A stretch of DNA of 63,739 bases, the filler included, from Phoronis australis (taxonomy: Eukaryota > Animalia > Phoronida): NCBI GenBank assembly GCA_002633005.1. It is 5 parts of 5 records of this genome, joined end to end, with 100 filler letters (N's around TTAATTAATTAA, not from the genome) between each part and the next. Parts side by side here need not be neighbours in the genome. Positions count along the whole stretch, not along the records: positions 53,232 to 59,023 come from NMRA01002273.1; positions 59,124 to 63,739 come from NMRA01002536.1; 3 more parts are not named here. One strand, given 5' to 3'. The notes beneath the pieces are model-generated. The model saw only the letters and a program-made list of their open reading frames with translations. It ran no database searches and had not been told where the DNA came from. This document shows positions 53,132 to 63,739 of this stretch, piece by piece; position 1 is the stretch's first letter, and the number at the start of each line of letters is the position of its first letter. The position numbers were made by a program, and so were the translations under genes.

Positions 53132-53231
53132 NNNNNNNNNNNNNNNNNNNNNNNNNNNNNNNNNNNNNNNNNNNNTTAATTAATTAANNNNNNNNNNNNN
53201 NNNNNNNNNNNNNNNNNNNNNNNNNNNNNNN
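53132..53231. other. Artificial contig linker
   Basis: Same 100-bp N/TTAATTAATTAA/N structure. Confidence 0.98.
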
Positions 53232-54714
53232 GATATTCAGGCGAATTGACGTGCAACGTTTTTACCTCATCTGTCATGCCGTGTCATTCTATTACACTCC
53301 ACACGTTTATAACTGATGTATAGTAAAGTTGTCTTGCGCAATATCATACAGTGTACATGTAGATGTAATATTGTGTACATGTACATGTAATATTTTTGGA
53401 AAAAAAATCTTTTTCCGAAGAATTGCTAGTGGCGGGCTTCGTGGTCTGGTTGCGAGTCCGTTTGAAGACACACTCTATAACAAGTTATGTCTATACAAGG
53501 AATGACCAAGGGGACACTCACATTGAGAAAGTGACCGCATTCGCGAAAAGTGTACAGTACCAGAAATTGCGGGGAGGCTGTTCTTTCACATCATAGTCTT
53601 GCGGGACTCGTGCGATGTTCAATAGGCCTCGTAAGGAGCCCCGTAGTTCCGACCTCAACACCTACCGTCTGTCTACCTGCAATAAACACACTGCCGTCTT
53701 CTATACTGGGAATTTCCGCAGAAAGGCTCACCCGATGAAACGTTCATGCCCATGGGCATTTATTTGATGTTAGTTTCAAGCGTTCAGACATTCGGACGTT
53801 TATTTCGAAAATTACAAGAGATGCAAATAGGTCCTGGGATGCTTCGTCAAGGTTTGAAGTAGTTCATGATGAACGGATCAAATTTAGTTGCGCATATAAG
53901 TCTTTTGAATGGACTTGGCAACCTCAAGGGTCTTAGTGTTAACTGAGCTGCGAAACCAATAGCTGACATTACAAGCTCATTGACGCAGCAGTTGACGAAG
54001 TGCAAGCGTTGGGAACAAACATCGAAGATATCCGGGCAGAATGGCTCCAAGACAAGCAAATCATTGGATCCGATATACGAATTCCTCGGCAGCCTAGATA
54101 ACAGAAGGATAGGACTAACGTATGAGTAACCACTGGGGATTAAAATTTTAGAGAGAAGTTTTCAATTCAAATTTTTTTGCACAGTACACTTTAGGTCTCG
54201 CGACGGACCAGGCCAGCTTGATTTGTGTAGATGTTGAGTTTCAGTGTACTTCTGGTCCCTCGGCGAACTAGTCTTGTGATTTTTTTTACCAAAGTGTGCT
54301 TTGTAAAACTATTTATCTAAGCCAGTACTGTTTGGTCCCGCGACAGATCGACTATTTATATAGGGATAATAAGTACAGGTGTACTCTTGGTCTCGTGACG
54401 GACCAGGTCAGCTTTTTGTGTCCTCTCAGTGTACATCTGGTCCCTCTGCAAACTAGCCCAGTGTATCTTTTCACCACTGTGCACAGGATGTTTTGGTTTC
54501 GTGAAACTGTTTTCAGATGATTTGTTTCCTGATAGATTTGACGTTTTTCAATTGTTGTCAACGTGATTCAGCTTAATGAAGTGATACCTAATTATTTATT
54601 ATCGCTTTTAATAATAGACTATGAGTTAAGAGCACCATCGTTCGCCAGTTTTTCTCGTAACGAGACAGAACACGTGTTTATTTCCGGACTAACAGTGCAG
54701 GTCTTCGTTCTTAA

Positions 54715-56045
54715 AGGCGAAGGCAACCTTTTTTCATGTCATTTTTAGCAATAATGAGGTTCGTTGATTATCCCAGACATATTTTTCACTTGTTTACTGC
54801 TTTTCGTAATTTAACTAATTACTCGTCGTCTACTCCGGAAGTGACGTTTTGGGAGGCGAGAATTTCGCGCCAATTTCTTTTCATATAGTCTGACTGTGAG
54901 AGCAGTCGAGTGAGTCTTGTTCTACCTCGGTTGTGTTAATTTCGGTCGTCGTTTGCTTTTGCTTACGAGTCAGTCAACATGCCACGATGTTGCTGCGTAC
55001 TGGGCTGTACTCATTATCGTCTCAGGTACAGAGGAAGAACTGTCCCACTTGCCCGAGTGTCCCGCGATACACTCCCACTGGAGGGTGATCTGAGCACCCA
55101 AACTGCTTAGATCCCGCCGTGTGACTCCCTCGCCACACACCTGGCACCTTCTAAATAGCTCCAATACAAGTCCACAATAAACTTATCAAACTTAGGCTCA
55201 CCGATCTGTTCATTGGATGACGAACTGTCCTCTTCACTGGGTGTCGAACTGGGGCTGTATTCACTCCCACTACTCAACATCGCTGCAGGGCTGCTTACAG
55301 GCTCTGGGCTAGAGACAACAGCACAGGGCGAATCACTGCTAGTTCCCGGAATTGCACGCAATGGGGTACGTTCGGAGGCACGGGTGACAGTAGATGAAGT
55401 GCCTCCAGTCACTGCATATAGGGGCCACAGTTCGCGAGACTTCTCGCTTCAAAAAAGCACTTCTCGGGGTTGGCGACGTGGCACTGCCGGGAATCAGCAG
55501 CGACAGTATGGTACTCTTCTTCAGGCGTTGTTTCGCAGGGACCTTCATCAATTCAGCGTACATATCTCTGTCGTAATCTGACGGCAGAAAATTCTTGCCA
55601 CACACTCGGTAACCCTCCACTGCTTTGTACGTTGCGCGGACGGTAGCGCTGCGTTCTTCACATGAACGAGCTAGCCAATTACGGCGAAGTGTGTCATCCT
55701 TCGGAAAGCAACGCAAGGTACCCAAAGAGCGTGTGAGACGATAATGAGTATATCCCGGCACGCAGCAACAGCGTGGCATGTTGACTGACTTGTAAACAAA
55801 AGCAAACGACGACCGAACTTATCACAACCGAGGTAGAACAATGTGTGACTCGACAGCCCTCACAGTCAGACTATAATGAAAAGAAATTGGCGCGAAACTC
55901 TTGCCTCCCAAAACGTCACTTCCGGAGTAGAGGACGAGAAATTAATCAAATTACGAAAAGCTGTAATTAAGTGAAAAATGTGTCTGGGATAATCAACGAA
56001 CCTTATTTTTGCTAAAAGTGGCATAAAAAAAGGTTTCCTTCGCCT
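54715..56045 (-). mobile_element. Kolobok-type deletion derivative with about 310-bp TIRs
   Basis: TTAA TSD (54711-14, 56046-49); AG...CT termini; TIRs 54715-55024 and 55734-56045. Confidence 0.88.
55025..55779 (-). pseudogene. Truncated, frameshifted THAP plus zinc-ribbon N-terminus of Kolobok transposase
   Basis: MPRCCCVPGY...FPKDDTLRRNWL...VCGKNF (degenerate THAP), acidic linker, KFIV...ELFRRCQVC...GAQITLQWECIAGHSGKWDSS; no DDE region. Confidence 0.8.
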
Positions 56046-56688
56046 TTAACTCGTGGGGCGTGACTGGTTTTTAGAGTCGAGTCTGAGTTCATAGATCATG
56101 GAGCCTGGTGCACTCATTTGGGAACGTGTTCATCCAGGTTGTTTGTGATGTTATCAGATGTTTACGTGCCAACAACCACCTACAACTAACACATGCAACT
56201 TGAAAAACTGAGATTTGAAATTGTGACAACCTATTCCCTCGTTGATGGCGTATCAGCAGTCTAGCACTTGATCATTTGGTCGGAAATTTAATACCCGAAC
56301 AATTCACTCTGTGATCACGCAAAGTCTGTGAACGGTTCCACGACACTGTAGTTTCAAATACATGATCTGGAACCGGAGACCAATTACAGTGCTTGGATTT
56401 TTGTGTCATTATAATATGTAGGAGTTTGAAAGCTGTACTGATTCACCGCTCTCACATTCAAGGCAGTTGTATTAGCAATTCTCCTGAACTGTTGATGCAC
56501 AATAGTCAAAGAATGTAATCTAAACATAAAAGTCGTTTAGAAAACCCTTTCTGAAAAGTGAAGAGTTAATGCTGTTAAAAGCCATACGTTTTGAAATCTG
56601 ATTATTTTACTGTTTAGAGCCTTCACATTTGTTTTGTTAAAAGCAGAAGATAAATGCGGAAATAACTGCCGTTACTGGTTTACGTTAA

Positions 56689-57456
56689 AGAAACATTTTA
56701 CCACAGAAAACAATTTTATCAAAATCTGTTGTTTAGCGGGTAAGTGATCACTTCCGCCGTACAGTTAGCGACCCCTGTCCTCTTGTTCATTAAAGTGTCC
56801 TCAAGTTGATAGGCTTTCAGCCTTCCTCACCGGTCGCCAACATTTCGCGTTTGGCGCCCTTTTGTCGAATTCTTCTGACTGTGCCAGTGTTGAATTGTAT
56901 GCATCAGTACAAAAATTAATCAAATAAACACTGAAAAATCGGAAACCCCAACTGGGAATCGAACCACAGGTCTCTAGATTGCGGGTCTAGTGCTCTCACC
57001 ACTGAGGACCCCATATCTGTGCAATTACTGTTTACAGCCAACTGTTAAGTGGTGAGAGCACTAGACCGGCAATCTAGCTACCTGTGGTTCGATTCCCAGT
57101 TGGACTCGGCAAAAGTCTTTAAGAGAAAGTTATTTAACTTTTTGTTAATTCTATTCTTGGAGTACCGTCGGATGCCGTGTGTGGGAAGCGTGAAACACCG
57201 TTTCAGTGTGATACGATTCTTCCTAAACCTGTCAGTCCGAGCCACTACTGAAAATCACACCGATTGTAATACAAAAAGGCTTTGGCACTCGAATCTCGTT
57301 GCCAAAATAACGTCACTACCTGTTTTAGAGTCACCGATTTACTGGTTGGGATGCACGGTGCATATGGTAGCGTAGTGCGGAAATCACCTCAGTCCGATGA
57401 CTCGTTTGTCGATCTCGGAATGTCAGAAAAGGTGCTGAAAGGGGCAAAGTGTTCCT
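56689..57456. mobile_element. TTAA-flanked Kolobok-type MITE (768 bp)
   Basis: TTAA both sides; termini AGAAACATTTTACC vs AGGAACACTTTGCC (11/14). Confidence 0.55.
56948..57103. repeat. Inverted pair of tRNA-like units (56948-57003 minus, 57048-57103 plus)
   Basis: 56-bp arms, 53/56 identical; AGTGGTGAGAGC (D arm/A box), CTAGA-7nt-TCTAG anticodon-like stem, GGTTCGATTCC (B box). Confidence 0.85.
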
Positions 57457-57644
57457 TTAAAACTTAAGCTTTCTTACCCCGGCCGACCCCAGGTCTGGTG
57501 CTAGTTCTCGCAAGTGAAACATAATTAGATATTCTTTACCTGAAAATACATTTTTAGTGTTGTAAGAGGGTAGAAGTTAGCACAAGTTTTCTATAAACAA
57601 CTTACTCGTTCATTATGTACAGAAATTCAAACTTTGCTTTTCAG

Positions 57645-57922
57645 ATTGACTGCCCGGAAGTCCGTGTTGTCAATGGTGATGGACCTTCGTGGTTACAAGG
57701 ATAACAGTATAAGAAGGCAACCAGCATCAGTGTCTACAGAGCAGATTTGTTCGCTGCTCAAACTGAATAAAAAACAATTACGCATCTGTATTAGAGATCG
57801 CGGTATAGCCGAGACGTTAGTGGAGGCGACACGAATGTCTATACTGGAATGTCAGTTCCAATTTCAGTACGAAAGATGGAACTGCACATTGGGGTCGCTG
57901 AGAGCAGCCATTTTAAGTAAAG
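57645..57922 (+). CDS. WNT9: Wnt9 coding exon (second-exon equivalent)
   Basis: CSLLKLNKKQLRICIRDRGIAETLVEATRMSILECQFQFQYERWNCTLGSLRAAILSKG vs recalled Wnt9a [48 protein letters not shown]; ttttcag/gtaggt. Confidence 0.93.
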
Positions 57923-59023
57923 GTAGGTATCCTGTCACATGAAGACGCTGGTACGGTTTGCAGGTCCAAGTTATACCATAGACAAGAGTACATGTACCGC
58001 CAACTCTACATATTCTCAATGTAAAATATTGGTCTTGTTCATAAAATTACGGGAAAATCCTTAATCACTCCCGCAAAAAATTCCCAACAAACTGCACTGG
58101 TTCATCTTATAAGACGTATGTTAACACAAAGCACCAACAAAGTGGTTTCGCTTATTTTTGGAATAAATGCTCAAACTGACCAACTTTCAAACGGATTAAT
58201 TTTGGATTGCAAATGAAATGTAATTCCTCTTGCCAAAGCAGTATAACTAGTTGTCAGACTTGTCTCAGACCTTTTTATTCAGTAATATAAAAATTTGCTT
58301 GTCCTCATTCGCTGCATCGGGGAATAAAAGTGCCAAAAAGCAACCAGTTGCCCATCCTTTCAAAACTTGATTGATTCGTATTAGTCGCTAAAGCAAATTG
58401 CAATGGTGGCAATAAAGTTTGGAACAGGTTTTCAATTTATTCCTTGAGTTTCGTAGATATCAAATGCCACAGTTTTCCCAATTTTACGGCATTAGCTACC
58501 ATAGATAACATCGCAATAGTATTTTTCATTTCAAATATCAAGTTAATTTATTAGGAAATGCAGATTCTAAGTTGATTTTTCACCTTATCGTCAATAGTGC
58601 ACGACGTCAACATTCACAATGACGTCATACTGAGCATCAGCCACATCCCGAAATCCTCGGTTTTCATTTGGAGAGACAGAAAAAACGCCTCGCGTGATTG
58701 ACCTAGTTTTAGAAAAAATGTAGTGCCGCTAAACCACACCTGAACCGTGTAAGACACGTGAAGAACGTTTTATCGTGCCTCTCTCAGCTTTTGGTTCTCT
58801 AAGTCATATTTACAGCTAATGGACAAATGTCCCACGGACAGCATTGTGGGTAAGCAGTCCTGGAACAGAGAGGGCGCTGTAGTATAGCAGGAAGTGAGTG
58901 TTGTGGGGTTTAGGTATGACTTTATTGAAACGGTAAATTTTGAATTTAATGAAGAAGAAATATCCCGCGTCAGATTATTCACATCAATTTATTTGATATC
59001 GAAATTCCAACAGCATAGCGCAC

Positions 59024-59123
59024 NNNNNNNNNNNNNNNNNNNNNNNNNNNNNNNNNNNNNNNNNNNNTTAATTAATTAANNNNNNNNNNNNNNNNNNNNN
59101 NNNNNNNNNNNNNNNNNNNNNNN
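59024..59123. other. Artificial contig linker
   Basis: Same 100-bp N/TTAATTAATTAA/N structure. Confidence 0.98.
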
Positions 59124-60618
59124 TGTCGTCAAGAATGAAACTCGCGAAATCGTGACACAGCCACTGGATACACAGATTGTTTGTTCTGATGGTTTGTGAC
59201 AAAAAAATTGTTTGTTTTTATTATTTTATTTTATTTTATTTTTTGTACACAATACGTTAAGTTTTGCTTTTGAAATACACACTAAATATAATCGAGGTGA
59301 CAAATTTACACGTCACTACAAGAGAAAAGTTTACAAAAGTGGGAGCATGGCAAATCACACAATTTTTTATGTAATAAGTGTTTTATATACTTAGAAAGAG
59401 AGAGGTCAACAATGGTTCTTATTTAGAAATTGTTGTTTCTTGGTAAACTAGACCGCCTCAAATTTGGGCTGTGTTTTGTCAAGTGGCACGAGTGATTTTC
59501 TTTGAAAATTAAAATATAACAAGATTACAGATGAAAAACACAGAAGAGGCAATTCTGTCTTAAAGAGACTTTGAAAGGTATTTTAAAAGTGCGCAGGGAT
59601 GTACTCACCGGAAGCACATATATTAGACCCGGGCCCAAGATGGCTAATCTATGTGACGGGCATGTTCTCAACTTATAACAAACTGTCCTGTCAACCGAAG
59701 CCCAGAAATCTCACTACAATAATTCCATTAATTTGTATACTCAAATTTTCTGAATTTCTTGTAGTTTGCTATTCCTGTGTCTGCATTTCCTGTACCAGTG
59801 CATATAATTCTGTTAAGATTCTATTCTGGTGATGTCTATTATTCATAGAAATTTTAATACGTTTGCGCACGCAGTGCATTTATACAGAAACAAGTTGGTA
59901 AAATTTAGAGTGAATTGGTAGAAGTACGTAAACTGAATAAGGAACAAGTTGAAACCATATTAAATAAACTTAAGGTACCTTTTAGAACCAAAACACGTAC
60001 CTGGGGTTTGTCGGTGTTGAGTCGTTTTGTCCATATTTTAAGTACTTGGTTCACCACCAGTTGCACCCTCTGTCGGGGATTCTCTCATGTCGTGGGGAAT
60101 CCCATAACAGGTCTGAATACACCGCAGGGAGATCAAGTCCAGGACCTCTGTTCAAACTTTGTCTGTGGACTTGAATCTCAATAGCCTCCTGTACACTGCA
60201 ATATATGGGTGTAGACTTAGTATTATCATCATTTAAATAGAACCCAGGAATATTCCTAGTTGCAAGTTGAGACCAGTTTTATGTAATTAATCTGATTCAG
60301 CTGTTATGATACGTGTTGCTACAGAGTGGATACACATGAGCTTTACTGTTGAATCTGAAGTCCAGTAATTGATATGAAATATCCTGTTTTTTATGAGTTA
60401 CTGACATTCGCCAGGTGGACAGGGATTCCAACTGAATGACATCACCAGGTTTACAACATTTACTCTCTTTATATTCCATTCCACAAATATGAAGCCAACT
60501 GAGGGTACTTTGCAATTCGACATGGTTACTGTGAACTTTGGTTGCAACACGTGTTAGAAAGGTTCCGGGAGGGATCATTGTGATCCAGTCCAACTGACAT
60601 GTAGATTCTTTGTCCTAG

Positions 60619-60771
60619 GTTACATGATCAGTCTGTGTGCAGTTCTACTCAAGTTGTGTGAACCGTTCTGTAAGGACAACACCAAATTGGACAAGATTTT
60701 ACCCGCCTATGCCTCCTCTGAACATTGCCGTCTCAACTTTGACGAGGACTGCTTAGCGGGCAGTAGGATCG
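60619..60771 (+). CDS. Ufd2/UBE4-type ubiquitin conjugation factor E4, core-domain exon
   Basis: GYMISLCAVLLKLCEPFCKDNTKLDKILPAYASSEHCRLNFDEDCL resembles Ufd2 core GFM.NL..VLL.LC.PF...K.DKI.P.Y. Confidence 0.85.
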
Positions 60772-62003
60772 GTAAACATTTATCTTTATAATTGTTTTTT
60801 TTTGAAATTTCAGGCACAAACTTTTCTGTCAGATGTAACGATTACGTTCACTTGTTGTCCGAACTTAGGGTTTCAACTGGTAGACAAATCATAGCTGTTT
60901 TAGCAGTCAGTTAATGGTCGCTTGGATTATGCTCCTCTGAAGATTTTCGTAGTGGGTGGATGCAAAAATGATGTCTGAGGAGTGGTAAATAAATGTTTTA
61001 GGAAAAGAAAATCCAAAATTGACATATCAAACACTGTTTCGTATTCATGACTTATAGAATTAACTTCAGTCATAGTACTGTGAAAAGTTTCTTTAAGTTA
61101 AATGTATTTTGTTGTGGAGTCATGCATTTTCCAATTGGCTGTACGTCATTGCAGGAGTAGTCTTGATTTAGTGTAAGACAACTTACATATGTATTGATTA
61201 TGATTATTTGTAATAATAGTATTACACAATAGCCTCTTGGAGACAGGCCTTGTTCTGCAGTTCTTTGAAAACACATGTTAGACTAGTACCATAGCGCGAC
61301 TAGATGGCTCGGATCTCTTCTGGGTCATGAGTGGTCGTAGCAATGCCATCGAGTAACTTAGCAATAAAGGCTGTCCCTTGACTGCATTATCGACTTGCAA
61401 GAAGCCGACTAGACTCTGGAAGCTCAAACGAGGCTGCATTCATGTTTGCGTAAGGTGTTCTATGGTACTTTGAACATGCATGCATTCGATGCCTTAACAC
61501 CACGGTATGGCGACAGTTTACAGTTAAATGCCAACAAGAATCGAACAAAATGCGTGCCTGGAATTTCCACAAGTGACTATTGAATGCTTAGTGGAACTCT
61601 CGTTATAACATCTGAGCACAAGTTGAAATCATGCTTAGAGTCACTGGAATGACTGACCATTGCTCCTTATGACAGTGACTTAACCATGTTGTCAGGCAAT
61701 TGGAATTTTGTCCACTGCATTTGACGTGTAATAGTAACTACATATTTTCTGCGTGTAACTGGGGTTTGAGGTCGCCTCATTTGTCCTGTTGTATAATGTA
61801 ATTTAGTTTATCCCTGTGCTGCACAGTGAATGAATGGAAGCGCATAACGTCCGAAATAAATTCTAGTTAAGCATTCTGCTTTCAGAAATAAATCCTTGAA
61901 CTGTGTTACATTCTGTATTTAATTTTCGTCGATTTTTGGTAAATGCACAGATAACATTACCCATAATCCTACTAATTGGTTCTTCTCCTTATGCTCTTTT
62001 CAG

Positions 62004-62151
62004 TATCGGATGTATCTGCGAATCACTCACCTGCTCTCTCAAGTGAGGCCCAAGGAACCTTTAACTTCATTACTGAGTGCTTCCATATCACACAGAGGGC
62101 GCTACATGTTGGTGTCCTGCCTGTCACCTCGCGCATGAATGAAATTCAAAA
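62004..62151 (+). CDS. Ufd2/UBE4-type exon
   Basis: FNFITECFHITQRALHVGVLP matches the Ufd2 core NF.TECFFLT..A.H.G.LP motif; phase 1/2 consistent. Confidence 0.88.
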
Positions 62152-62357
62152 GTATGGAAATGGGGAAGTTGTTTTACTCTCAAGACTCATCCTCACTTTC
62201 TTAGATAGAAGTGTTCAAAATATTGCTCTTGTACTAGACAGTCGAGAAGAAAATTAATTGAACTATGATTCCTTGATTCCTTCATTTTGGCTGTCACAGT
62301 GTGGACATTGAGTAGAAAAGAATACATGTTGTGCATATTAGTGTGCTCCTGTAACTT

Positions 62358-62590
62358 TGTGCGCGTCCGTGTGTGTGTGCACTAGCTTGTGCATGTGTTA
62401 ACATGTGCACATCCAAGTGTGTGTGCTCTCGCTTGTGCATGTGATAACATGTGCACGTCCGTGTGTGCGTTCGCTTGTGCATGTGTTAACATGTGCACGT
62501 CCGTGTATGTGTGCGCGCTCGTTTGTGCATGCGTTAAGATGTGCAGGTCCATGTGTGTATGCGCTCGCTTGTGCATGTGTTAGCATACAC
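62358..62590. repeat. About 40-bp purine-pyrimidine alternating minisatellite
   Basis: gtgcatgtgttaacatgtgcacgtccgtgtgtgc... about 5-6 degenerate copies in an intron. Confidence 0.85.
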
Positions 62591-62699
62591 ACGCTTATCC
62601 ACTTGTGTACGTGAAATTGCAGATGATAGAAATATTCAATAATTGCCCCGTTCTGTAAGCAAAATTGTACACCTTCTAGTAATTGGTGGGCTCTTTCAG

Positions 62700-62769
62700 G
62701 GGACTGTTGGGAGCAAAGGAAGCTCACCAAGGGGGCGCTCAAGATCAAGAAATACAGAAGCAACTAGTG
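62700..62769 (+). CDS. Ufd2/UBE4-type exon (probable)
   Basis: ctctttcag/gtaggt; phase 2/0; GLLGAKEAHQGGAQDQEIQKQLV; next acceptor possibly at 63729. Confidence 0.6.
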
Positions 62770-63739
62770 GTAGGTGTCGATATGCCAGTAACACTCCATT
62801 CGCACTCCATATACAGTACACGTCAAAAGCAGTCAAAACAAATACCATGTACCGTTAATGGTAGGTAATGACCTGTCTAAACAGGGAATTACACTTGGAC
62901 TCGTGCGTCATGGCATACACTGCACGATATAATCCAATAGGTCAACGATAACTATACATTAAGAAAGTAAAGGTGAAGAAGACGTGTCCATCATAGACGT
63001 AGACAAGTAATAGTTCTATTTTTGTTGGTTTCAGTTTGTTGTTAATCACTGCTTGAACCGTCTTTGTTGTTTCATGTACAGTATTCTGTTTGAGAAATGC
63101 TTGTTGGCACTCCACAGGTGCTCTCTGACAGGGATTAAATAATCTTTCGCATATTAATGAGTTGCGTAAAAGCATGTTTTCAGTAATAGGTTGGTCACTA
63201 GGACAATGCTTGAGACTTTGCTAGTAAGCATGACATATGATTTGCAGAACTTTGAATATGGCATGCTCTGTGGGTTTTCCACATGACCAGGCTTTTATTA
63301 GAGAAAGTGTGGTAGCTGCAAAAATTTTGGTTTTTATTCCAACCTGTTATTCATTCAAATGAAAACACTACTTTTCTGAATGGGAATTTCAAATTCACTA
63401 GGTGGCACTAGTGAATGAAACTAGCACCCTACCCAAGAAATGCCTACATTCAAATGTTGGCGTGGGTCCCACGAATGTCTCTAAACTAAGCAATTTTTGC
63501 TTTCTGTTCTTGATCTATTCAGGTATTAAGAAGAGGAATTTTTCTTCATTAACACCATGGAGTCACCCATTCAGGCAATGCCAGAGATATTGTTGCACAA
63601 TTATAGTCCTCAGGATTTAAGGTCTTGAGTTATGAACTGAACTTTTATAAACCAGTGTTCCACACAAGATGTCTCCTGAAAAGATCCATTGACATTCTCA
63701 GTAATTCTAGTGCTTTTCCTCTTTACAGCTGGTCACGCT

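Noticed and set aside
57048-57103. Functional tRNA gene
   Set aside because: No clear acceptor stem, anticodon loop lacks U33 and differs between the two copies; treated as tRNA-derived
62294-62763. His- or Cys-rich ORFs on both strands
   Set aside because: RY-alternating intronic minisatellite
63523-63620. Next UBE4 exon
   Set aside because: The required phase-0 reading hits TAA after nine codons
1-63739. Linkage of the DED gene, BRD8, MPP7, Wnt9 and UBE4 as a cluster or system
   Set aside because: Each is on a separate contig joined by artificial linkers, so adjacency carries no information

Overview
This is eukaryotic animal DNA: AT-rich, with spliceosomal introns and many transposon relics, probably from a marine invertebrate bilaterian (species not determinable from the sequence). 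It is not one locus. Five contigs are joined by artificial 100-bp linkers (44 N + TTAATTAATTAA + 44 N): 1-14795, 14896-33668, 33769-53131, 53232-59023, 59124-63739. Most ORFs in the supplied track are spurious, so I assembled exon chains by eye from GT-AG sites and phase continuity. Contig 1 holds a minus-strand, apparently decayed gene fusing a death effector domain (DED) to a trypsin-like (Trypsin_2/FAM111-like) peptidase. Contig 2 holds 13 5' exons of BRD8, preceded by a miniature LTR retroelement whose LTRs carry a tRNA-type Pol III promoter (Helenus/TRIMp3-like). Contig 3 holds five exons of an MPP7-like MAGUK, a solo LTR, a pogo/Tigger-like element, a piggyBac pseudogene and a nested Kolobok end. 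Contig 4 holds a Wnt9 exon, a fold-back Kolobok derivative and a TTAA-flanked MITE carrying two back-to-back tRNA-like units. Contig 5 holds three exons of a divergent Ufd2/UBE4-type ubiquitin ligase. All family assignments come from recalled motifs, not database searches.
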